Source: Phallusia mammillata (Eukaryota). Taken from it: a stretch of 64,000 nucleotides of DNA. The translations under genes and the position numbers were made by a program. How positions within the stretch are numbered: position 1 is the first letter of the stretch; each line of letters begins with the position of its first letter. Positions 53,046 to 64,000 of this stretch are shown piece after piece. The notes under the pieces were generated by a model. The model saw only the letters and a list, made by a program, of their open reading frames with translations. It searched no databases and was not told the origin of the DNA. The stretch spans positions 22,754,001 to 22,818,000 of the forward strand of contig OZ281497.1 in NCBI GenBank assembly GCA_965637545.1, in the 5' to 3' direction.

Positions 53046-53119
53046 GCCTGCGTAGCTCAGTTGGTAGAGCGCGAGTCCCGGAAAGACTCCTGTCGTGGGT
53101 TCGAATCCCACCGCAGGCT
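53046..53119 (+). tRNA. tRNA-like cloverleaf, nominal anticodon GGA, atypical (probably SINE head or pseudo-tRNA)
   Basis: Acceptor GCCTGCG/CGCAGGC, D arm GCTC/GAGC, anticodon arm GAGTC/GACTC with loop CCGGAAA, T arm GTGGG/CCCAC with TTCGAAT; A and B boxes intact; T5 run just downstream. C33, an extra base before the anticodon arm and a short variable loop are non-canonical for Ser. Confidence 0.6.
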
Positions 53120-53400
53120 AGATTTTTCTAGCCTACGCCTTGCCATATGGTGGTGAATGCTTGGTGACCGGCTGATTCGGTATGACGCCTTTAATGGGCC
53201 TGGCGTACTGTGATTTACATATGAGTGTGCCGTGATCGCTGGTCTGCATCGACGCTTCAGGGCTGGTCCCAGTCATGAATTTATGTTCATCTTAACTGAT
53301 TCTGGTCAATCTGGCGATCCCCTACTACGAAGCTGACATGTGCAGCATACGAGGCAGGCAACGGTGCTTGTGATTCGACTTTCGGCGGATTCTCCACTGA

Positions 53401-53474
53401 GCCTGCGTAGCTCAGTTGGTAGAGCGCGAGTCCCGGAAAGACTCCTGTCGTGGGTTCGAATCCCACCGCAGGCT
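53401..53474 (+). tRNA. Second identical tRNA-like cloverleaf
   Basis: Identical to 53046-53119. Confidence 0.6.
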
Positions 53475-54749
53475 AGATTTTTCTAGCCTACACCTTGCCA
53501 TATGGTGGTGAATGCTTGGTGACCGGCTGATTCGGTATGACGCCTTTAATGGGCCTGGCGTACTGTGACTGAAAAGCGAAGCAGTTAGATGGCTATACTA
53601 ACCAACACGATCCATGTCTTGTCCCCAGCTGCATTGATTAGACCTTATAGGCAAGTTAGTAATAAATCTACTTGAATAAACTAAACAACCAAACATGATT
53701 TTTTCGTGAATGTGACACTCGTTAACTTTCAATATATATTTGAGCAGTCAGCACTAGTTCAACCAAAAAGGCGTATGTAACGATTCACCACTAAGCAAGA
53801 AACTGTTTGTACAAACCCAACAAACCCAGTCAATAAACAGGCAACGTCAATGGCCGAATCGTAAAACCACTTGCGTTTCCCTATGAGCAACATTAGGTGT
53901 TTAAGGTCACTATAGGTGTAAAATTGCTGCAAGGCGATGATTGTTTTTTGTATTTTATTTTTCGTAAGGATAAAAAAACTTCTGTTATACTTTGAATCGT
54001 TTTCATATGATTGTTTCTGTTCTAATCCATACTACTGAATACCTGATACTCGTAGACTTCCAACAAAGGAACGTATTTTGGAAAGGAAAGTAAAATCTGT
54101 CGTGTGCAGACTTGCTTTTACGATTGTTTATCTGATGCTAATGAATAAAGAAATACACGTTGGCCAAAACACACATTATACGATCAGCTTTTAGGTCGTA
54201 AAGGAACACGTTATTTTTAGCAACAGTAAAGATTTACGCCTCTCCCACACAATGTTTGCGCTAGATCACACGTAATTGAACAACTCAGTAAACAGACAAC
54301 GTCAATGCGAACATTGAAAAATGGCAAACCACTTTCGTTTCTGTAGGTGCGACGGTACGTGGACAGCTTAAAAATCGAGTTTTTCATATTCATTTGGATT
54401 TTTGCTTCGCCAGAGACGTTTCGCAATAACAAGCGCCTTGATGGTAGTATACCATTAAAACTAGTCGGTTAATTTGCACCAGATATTTCTTAAGTCAAAA
54501 TAGGCAAAATAACTGACGTTTTATTTTGACGCGAAGCAGTTTAATGTCAATGGGCTGTTTTAAAGTTAATAGTAATTTTCAGTTTAGTTCGAGTTGCCAC
54601 ATGGACGGTGATATGTGGCAGGTGCAACTGTCTCTTGCATTCTGTTTTACTAAAGCAAACTAGTTGAACTAGTAAATGCTGTCATTTGTTTCCAATTAGA
54701 CGTTTGTTGCATGAATAAAAAAGCATTGGAAGCACAGAACTTTTTTAAC

Positions 54750-57700
54750 ATGATAAACAGGACTGTGGCGTTTTTCGTGATGCTGCTTGCGCAATGGTCA
54801 TCAGCTGCAAGTAAGAAGTAGAATACTGTAAACAATCACAGCAACGCTATAACATTGGTTCATTTCGTTGTCAGATTGTACCACAACGATGCAAGCAGTG
54901 AAGGACAGTGTGTTGATGTTATCTGACGATCTTGTGGATGCAAACACTGCACAGGAGAAATGTTCTTTGTTGGGTGGAAATCTTGCAATGACTGATGACC
55001 CACAGATCAACACAACTCTCACTCAACTCATGACAGACAAATATACGACAGGTTTAAGCTTTACTCATGGCTGCATATTTTATTTTTGAAATATTTGTGA
55101 AAAAATAAATAACAAACATCGTTTCAGATTTGCAGAGAATTTATATTTTTTACAACACGTTCCAACATGAACGATACAAATACTCAAATAGTTCGACTGA
55201 AGACGGTTGGAATAGTGCGGAATTACTCGGACATCTGTGGTATTTCGACTTGTATAAGAGGTAATAGATGTTGACATTAACACACCAGTAACCATAAAAA
55301 CATGCAATTTGTTAAATAGCAATCCTGAAAACACCATGCAAGAAATTTACTTCTGCAATTATTCAAGTGGTTCTAATGATGAGAGGTGGATTGCAACTAT
55401 TGGAGAAGATTGTGCGATATTCTGTAAGTATAAAAGCTTTCGCCTTTTGAAATTCAGCTTTACATGCACAAAATGCTCTGCTTCCGTTTTATTATTGGTA
55501 TCAGCTGGCACGAAACACTGTTATATAGAAAAAGGCTGGTACGCGAGGTCATTAAGACATTGAAATAACAAGTCAATTGGCACGCGTCGCCTAAAAGGTT
55601 GCCGACCCCTGCCGTGGAACTTCGTTGGTTTTGATTATTGATTCTGAACTAAACAATCTCCACACCAGCAGAAATAGGTTTGAGAATTCAACGTGGAGTA
55701 AATCCGATTGTACCATAGGATAACAATATAGAATGAGTGCTCGGCGCTAAACACTCGCTAATATATCACACCACTAACGTTACGTTTTCAAGTACCCTTG
55801 CTTACGCACAATACAAAAGACTATCATGTCCACGTCGCGTATTGTAACTGGGCAACAGAAAAAATACCCTTGTACCTAAAGACCGTAACAAAGCGTTAGA
55901 ACTATTACGTGAATCAAAGTGACCAGAGGGCTAATAAGCACTTGTGTGGTTACCAAAAATAGAACAAAAGCAGTAGAACAAACAGCGTTGTGAAGTGGTC
56001 ATTGTGTAAAGCATCGAATAACAACAGTTCGGCAGTCTAAAATTTCATGAAAACAACCGGTATATAAAAAACCGGTATATAAAAAAAATATTAATTTTCA
56101 CGAGTTGCTATCTATATCACACCAACCTACACGTTTTTTTTCATATATATTCCTTTTTTAGTCAAAACAAAACCTCACATAAGGCTATCTAATTATTTGC
56201 AGCGTGGATATTTCAGTATTCCTTGTTTTCCGATGTTAACATTAACAAGCGCCAAAAAGATATATTCAATTATGAACGGCCTAACCCACGTGCAGGCAAG
56301 TTGTGGAGTGTTAATGAAACGTACAAAAACTTTACAACTTATAAAGGATCGTTCCTGGCACCAGGTGAGCGTTTGGTTTCAAAAAACTTACAACCATAAA
56401 AATCTGTCGCTCGTGTCATTAAACATCATCGCAAAAATGGTTTCAGACATTAACGTCCTAATTGGAGCTCGTTACAACACGTCGTTAAATGGTTGGTATT
56501 GGAGCGACGGATCTCAAGCAAACTTTTCCGTTCCCAACGTCACAACTTGCAAGCAGGGAGCGTTGCATTATGGGATCGGATGGGAGCAGTCAAGCATGAA
56601 CTGCAGTGGGGAAACGGCTTACTACGCTTGTCAAGTAAAATGTAAGTATTTAGCAAACAGTATAATTGATTCGAAATACAGACTAAACTTCAAACAATCT
56701 GTTTAAGTTGATTTGATTTATTTGAAACACAGCGTCTCTTATGTTGTAATGTCCCCTGCTTATATTATAGCCTAAATTATTTCTTCGGAAATGAACATTC
56801 CAGTTGATTTAATTTTAGTCAATGCTACTGTGGAGAAATCTATATGCAATGCTTCAACTGTGGTGGTCAGTTGGACTGGACTTTGTCAGATCATCGAAGA
56901 CAACAATATACCAGCAAAGGTAACATTTTTATATACGACGATGGCGAGAGTTCGATGTTTTTGGCGAAATTGCAAAAATAATAAGTCTTTACGCGCAACA
57001 AGCACGATCAAAGAGATAATGCGAGAAAAAGGCACATTTGCGCGCGCCTGAAGATTCGCTACACAGCTCCACCCAGCGGATCTGTCGAGGTGTTTTATTT
57101 ACCTAACTTGCATTGCGTAAGTTTTGTTCTCAACTATGAAAGGACTTGTGTATGGTAGGGGCAAGCGAGCCCGAATCATATCCCTGCGATTAACAAATGC
57201 TCCGTTTTAATGGATTTATTCTTAAATATCGCTTCAATACTGAAACAAATCTTCGGGAATGGAGATAGTACATCAGCTATCAGGAAGAGGTTGGCACAAT
57301 CCAGAGGCTTCGACAATCACTGTTCTGTAGAGTTGCAAAACCGCAATCGTTTTTCTACTATCCCCGATTTGAACTTTTTGTAAATGTTGTATTTAGGTTG
57401 AGATTCATGTTTTGGAGCTCAACCGAAGAATCATGGCACCGTATGCAGATCTATCAACAACCATTGAAAACCTAAGTTTTGCAACACAATATAATTTTGA
57501 GGTAAAGTGTGTTTGAAAATCATTCAACATTATTTATTTGAATTTGTTTGTTCAGTATGAATGGCCAGCTCAATAGCAGTATGGTCGAGTTATTGGACTA
57601 CAAACTAGTTGTTCTTATTTTCCACTGAAAATAACGGAGACGAAAACAGTATCGAAATACTTTAATCAAAGATAGCTCAACTATAAAACCTAAACAAACT

Positions 57701-60700
57701 AGTATTCTAGTTACCACCTAATATTACAAACAGATCACTGCAATGCTTACCGGATGCCTGACTGCTAACGTCTCAACGTCCAAACTAGTAACAACGTATG
57801 AAAATCCCCCATCAAGTTGCTATCCTCCACGTAAGCGAACAAGTCGCGTGTGAAATTTAAACCTTAAATCTGACAACGACTTTTGTAGTAAACGCGACTG
57901 CAGAGACATTTTCATGCAACGCTTCAACTGTGCTTGTCAGTTGGACTGGACTTGATCAATTCATTAACAACAACAATTTAACAGCGCAGGTTTGAACCGA
58001 GTTTGTATTTGTTAAACCGTTAATTAAAACGAAACTAAAACAGGTTGTGATTCAAGTCGAGGGTTTAAGTGAGACAATCTCTGTTCCATATTCTGACAAT
58101 TCGACTTTAATAGAAGATCTAGTTTATTCAACATTTTATGAAATTCAGGTGAAAATTTTTTTTCTTATTTGAGTCAATCGAACAAGTAGTTGCAGTACAC
58201 CTTTTGTTTACAATCAACTACACGTTTAAACATTTTTATCGCAATGTATTTACGTAGTTTGAGTATTTCAGGTCACAGTGATTGTCACTGGTTCAATCAA
58301 CACAAACATCACATCCAATCGGACAGTAACAACTCCGGGCAATCCCCCTCAAAGCTGTTATCCTAAAGGTAAAATACTTCTCAGCAAACAAACGTAATTT
58401 GCTTTAGTGTTGCACTGAAGTTTTGGAAAAAAACATAGTTTAAAAACATACCTGTGTTTCGCAACCATAACTCCGCAGAAGCGAGCAAACTATGTAACAC
58501 AAACCAGAAACATCCTTTTTTCCTATTTGTATTGCAGTAAACACGAGTGCAGAGACGTTTCCATGCAACATTGATGCAATTTTTTAAGTATTTGGCAACC
58601 CTAGTTCCCAAGAAGCAGGCAAACTGTTTCTCTAATTTTACAAACCATAATCAGTGGTTTATTATTATGCATTTCAGTAAACACGACTACTGAGACATTT
58701 CTTTGCAACGCCTCAACCGTGCTGGTCAGATGGACTGGACTTGATCAATTCATCAACAACAACGATCTGTTAGCGCAGGTCTAAAACAAACTCTTTTTTG
58801 TTGTTGTTTCAAATCTTCAATCTATAATAAACGAACCTAGGAAGTGTAACAAGTATGCAGAAACAAACTAAATTGCTCTTTGTAAACAATTACATGCAGG
58901 TTACAATTGAAGTCCAGGGTTTGAATCAAACAATATCTGCACCGTATTCCGATAAATCAACAAAAATAGAAGATCTCCGTCACTCAACTTTGTATTATAT
59001 GTCGGTAAGGATTTTTTTCTAGGATTTTTTTCTAGGATTTTTTTTCTTTTATTTTTGGACAACCCAAAACAAAGGTTCATTTTGTGTAAAATATTAAACC
59101 GAAGTATATCACAGATTACAGTCATAGTTACTGGTTCAATCAACACAAACATCACATCCAATCTGACAGTAACAACTCCGGGTAATCCCCCTCCAAAGTG
59201 TTTTCCTGGAAATAACACAAAATCTGCAACTAGTGTTGGAATGATTGCCGGTCTGGTGATCGGGCTGTTGCTTCTGCTACTTGTCATTGTTGGGCTGGTG
59301 GTCATGTTTGTACGTCGACACAGGTTTGACATTTTGGAGCAAAACCTTATACATACAGTTGATTTTTTCCCTTTTGCTTTTAGTTCTCGTTTATCTGTTT
59401 TTGACCAATCGGATTATCGGATCGGATGACAGTTAGCTACACAAACTTACATTTAAACAAAATTAAATTTAAACAGTCACGTGAAGATAGCAGCACAATA
59501 TGCAGCGAGGATTTTTAAGTGAAATACCTAACTAAAACCTTCTTCTGGGTTTGCAGGACGAGCAAAGATCAACCTTCGCAAGTAGAATTTTCTTCGGAAA
59601 TGTCACCCGCAGGTAATGTTCACAATAACACATTGCTAATTGACTTAAAGGATTTTAGAAAATTGATAAAAACGATGCCATAGAGTCATGCCCCAAAATG
59701 TATCTAAATATCGAACTACACTTAATGGTTTCAACAGGGCCAGTGATATACGAAAACATATCTTCTTCTGCTGGGACCTCTAAAAACTGCGAAGACACTA
59801 AATTGTTTGAGGTGTACAAGAAAAATGTTGAGTCAGGACTTCTATTTGTTACCGAGTTTAAGGTTAGAGACAAACTATGACAAACATGTATATCCAGACC
59901 ATTGAAGAAGAATATCATCATACCCTAAAAACTCCTTTCATTGTTTTTAATCATTTTGCAGGAAGTCGAGAACCAAAGCAAAAACAACCAGCGGGCAAGA
60001 AGCGTGTCACAGTTGCCGCAAAGTGCAGTGAGAAACCGATACAAGAATATTTTCCCCTGTAAGTATTAGAAATACTGATGAGAAATTAGAAATCCCCTTA
60101 TTTATCATTGGCATAGTTGTTGTACATTTGTTTCCGCGACGTAACAAAATTCACATCCTCGGTAAAACTAAAGTACGCTGCCTGAAGGAATTAAAGCCTA
60201 TGCCATATAAAAACGAGATTTTAGTTTATTTTTATTTGATTAGAATAGTTGCTAACAATGAGAGATCGGTTAGTGCACCAGTATTGGTCACATATTACAA
60301 TATTTGCTATTGTAGATAGTTGTTGTAACCCTTCATTAATGGACGTGCAATGAACTCTCAGTTTTATTGGCGCTTGCTCAACAGACGATCATGCTCGAGT
60401 GGTTTTGCAAGGAAGCGGTGGAAACGATTACATCAACGCCGCTTATATACCGGGTTACGATAACGAGAGGAAGTTCATCGCCACTCAGGGTCCGAAGAAG
60501 GAGACAATCAACGATTTCTGGTTGATGGTTTGGCAGGAAAACTCCAACATCATCGTAATGCTCACTGGCTTGGTGGAAAAGGGAAAAGTTGGGTTTGGTT
60601 TTCATTTTGTGGCGATTAAAAATTGATCTGAAAAAGGAAGCAAAAAAAAATACTGTAATTTGTTTCATGGAATATTTAATTAGATTCTTCATGTTAAAAG

Positions 60701-63448
60701 CACAAAGTTGCTTTCTAAAACCCTTATATTTGGTTTGTCTATAGATAACTAAATAGTTTTAAAATGTAGACAAAATGTGAAAAATACTGGCCTGAAGTCG
60801 GATCCGAAATCAAATTGTCATCGAATCTGGAAGTTCGAACACAACATGAAACAAGTCTCGGAGGAATCATATATCGAAAGTTCGAACTATTCTCAACCAG
60901 AGTATGTGCTAAGTGGCAAAAAAATGTAATCATATAACGTAAATGACCAACAAACTGGTATTTGTCTTGCTAAAACATTGTTGCGTAATCTTTTCTTGAC
61001 CCGCACAATGATAAGCGACATGTGGGTGCCATGTTCCTTTTGTGTAAAAATGACGTAATAATTGGTGCAATTATTTGTTTGTTTCATAGGAACAACGGAC
61101 CATAACACAGTTGCAGTTTACAACTTGGCCCGATCATGGGATTCCAGTAACTACATCCAACATGATCCACCTACGTAACATGGTCGATGATTTGCAAAAC
61201 ACAAATGATCCAATCATTGTACACTGCAGGTAATGACTTTTCCTATGCTATTTCGATCAATCAATTAAGCATATGTTTTATGCAGTGCTGGAGTGGGACG
61301 CACAGGTACTTACATAGCGATGGACACTTTGTTTCATAAACTTGACGACAAAGGAACAGTTGATGTACCACAAACTGTGTTAAGAATGAGAGAGAATCGA
61401 ACAGACATGATCCAAAACTCGGTAATGTTTATGCAAACCTTAAGCTAACTAAGAAAAAAGAAAGAGACCTGAAGAAATTTGGCGCAAAATCCTCATGTTT
61501 GTTGTGCAAGAGCAGGGTCATAAAGTGAAGCTAAGACCAGCAACGCGTTAATCACAGATGTTTTTCTAAATTTGCATTTCTTCAGAAACAATACATGTAC
61601 GTCTACAAACTTCTCATGGAGCGTGAGAATTTAATTGAAACAGATAAAGATGTGACAGAACTACAATCGATGATGACCTCAAGTGAAATGTAACTCATTT
61701 TGTGTTTTGTAGAATAAATCACATGACTTGTTTTTCAGCATACAAATCTAATTCCTTGCAAGAGTTTTTTTAGTGTAACACATTGCTAGTTGTCACTTTG
61801 TTGAGATTATCGTTTAAACCGCTATTTACATCCAGCTATGAAATCGTGTGAGCACACATTAAAGATTTTGTTTCATAGCAAGGAGATGCAAGAGCAAGAA
61901 TTCAAAACATTGTCAGTGTGGCGATTTGGCGAGGAATGGCAGGAAAATCACCCACAGCTGAGAACATGTAAGTTAATTTCTCAAAATAATGTTTGACCTT
62001 AAACACATGAAATATTGTGTTCAGACAAGAACACGACAGTGAAAATTTGGGACAAAAAACTTAAGATTATACAGCAACTGGATGCTTCGTATATTCAGGT
62101 GATAATACAAACTACTTTCAATTTCAATTTGCGGCGTATGTAGCGTTTAACTTTCTTTTAGTGTTTTAAAGTAAAGTCAAATATGTTTCAAGATGATTGT
62201 ATAAATACTTTTACATACAAGCATCATTAGCAAACCGTTCAGGTAAAATGTCAAAAAGTTTTAATGCTTTACATGCATGTCACAATGTAAATGATCTTTG
62301 TCCTTGTGACAAAACATTGTTCTCTTTGGTCTACTTTAATCTAGTTTCAAATACAGGAACAAGGATCTTCGGAATGTTTCATCGCTGCAAAAAATCCTGC
62401 TGCTGGAGAAAAAGAAATCTTCTGGAAGATGATTGTGGAGAAAAAAGCTATGGTTGTCATTGATTTGGAGAATAGCATTGATGTACGATTGTCATTTTTT
62501 CAAATCACAATTTCTTTACATAATAAATCATAAAATTGTTTTTAGATTCCAGTGAATACAGCTTTACAATACGAAGATATTTCGGTTTCTGTATGTGATG
62601 TAAATGAAAGCAACGTTTACAATCTGACAACTGTTGACGTTTGGTCAACAACCAACGCTTTTGTAAGTTGAAAACTTTAGAACAGCATTGCTTCAGAACA
62701 AAGTACAAAGTTTGCTGTGGTCTTGTGTGTGAAAAACAAATCAGTACATAATCTATCAAAAAACAACCCAAAAATGCCTTTCACAACATAGCATTATTTC
62801 AAAATTTGCGTAACTGCTCGGATCAACATACCGGCTTTTAGCATTTCAAGACCAGTTTTATAACGTGCATAATGAAACTTAGCTTTAATTGTTTTCAGGC
62901 TGATACTCAATTGTTGCTTCTGCAAGTCACGGGATGGAATGAAGTGGAACAGCCCCCGACAGAAATGGATTTCATCAAAATTATCGAGGAAATGCAACGG
63001 CTAAAGGCCAAACAGAATTGCCAATATGTGCTGGTTGTCTGCAGGTAATATATTGTTTGCATTTTACACACAAAACAAGGAGATCTGCTACAACCAATTG
63101 ATATCAAGCCAATTTGCCAACAAAATTCTAAAAATCATGAACATGTTCTCAAGACAAAATAATATTGATATGTTCCCAGCAACGGATCAACAAGAACTGG
63201 AACCTTTATCGCTTTGGTGAACATTTTCGAACGTTTGAAGGCACAAAAGCGGGTGGATGTATTCCGAACTGTGAAAGACCTGAGAGATATGAGACCGAAT
63301 ATGGTCGACAACAAAGTAACGTTTTTCTTTGGGCTAAGGTAGACATCTCTTTAAATAAAGTTTATTTTGACAGGAACTGTACAAATACTGCTACTCGGTC
63401 GTCATGCAATATCTGTCTGATTTCGACATTTATTCAAACTTCCAATGA
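54750..63448 (+). CDS. Receptor-type protein tyrosine phosphatase: signal peptide, C-type lectin-like region, 3 FN3-like repeats, TM, catalytic D1, degenerate D2
   Basis: Signal exon 54750-54810; lectin exons 54875-55051 and 56447-56641; three 3-exon FN3-like modules 56819-59200; [27 protein letters not shown]1 motifs [54 protein letters not shown]2 [10 protein letters not shown]; end DIYSNFQ* at 63448. Confidence 0.93.
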
Positions 63449-64000
63449 ACTGCAAACAGACAACGGCATTATTAAGAAATCTGAGCGTTTGCTTTTGCTC
63501 GTTAATAGATTTTCTGTCATTTTTGAAACATTTGTTGTTTAATCATGCTGATCTGCAATCTGCTGCTTGTGTGTTGCCCCGTTTTCCGAAAATAATTATA
63601 TGTGTAAGATTTGTTGAAACTTTAATTCCCAGAATTTTTTCTTAAATCATTTCTGCGTTATCACCCAAAAAAGAAAAATTGTGCTGGAAAAATTCTTTAG
63701 CGTTATTTGAAAGAATTTTAGCGTTATTTGAAAGATAGGCCTATACAATAATAAACCCACTAAAATCTATGCTTGTCGTTAGTTGCTAAATTCAAGTTAA
63801 ATATGTCAGATATTTAAACAGGTGTTATTCAGTTTTTAAGTAAAGTAGTAAAAAAGAATCTACAAAACAAGCAGCCGACACAACGACAGTGAAGCATTTT
63901 CTGTTGAGTCGATTTCCATGCAGTAAAACTTGCTGTAAAATGTTGAGGGTCGGACAAACTTTTCGTCACAAGCTCATGATAACCGTTGTGTGTTAACTCG

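Larger units (their letters stand above)
52961..53568 (+). mobile_element. 1.7 tandem copies of a 355-bp tRNA-containing repeat
   Basis: GATCCCCTACTACG at 52961 and 53316; copies nearly identical; related fragments near 805-915 and 36147-36345. Confidence 0.88.

Noticed and set aside
53046-53119. Standard tRNA-Ser gene
   Set aside because: Short variable loop, C33, extra junction base, G34 anticodon and decayed dispersed relatives.
52961-53315. HDV-like, twister or hammerhead ribozyme in the 355-bp unit
   Set aside because: Short motifs (TGGTCCCAG, GGCAAC) are present but the required pairings could not be built by eye.

Overview
AT-rich eukaryotic DNA with short GT-AG introns, most likely an ascidian (tunicate), because it carries exact copies of the Ciona-type 16-nt spliced leader. 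All exon models were read by eye. 1-5.6 kb: last nine exons of an axonemal dynein heavy chain (DNAH12-like). 7.7-10.6 kb: foldback-type element with long inverted termini built from tandem repeats. 10.8-33.1 kb: cluster of at least six small paralogous spliced genes (labelled A-F here) encoding an uncharacterised, probably all-beta domain that I tentatively read as a standalone UPA-like domain, interspersed with MITEs and a decayed duplicate of the dynein 3' end. 38.6-44.3 kb: repeat block with a 42-bp array and a 2-kb 32-bp minisatellite. 46.7 kb: four tandem spliced-leader copies. 47.2-63.4 kb: a divergently oriented pair, a complete C-type lectin/FN3/TM/two-domain receptor tyrosine phosphatase (+) and an ectodomain-only paralog (-), with a dead third 5' copy between them cut by a tandem tRNA-like element. 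No rRNA or CRISPR array.
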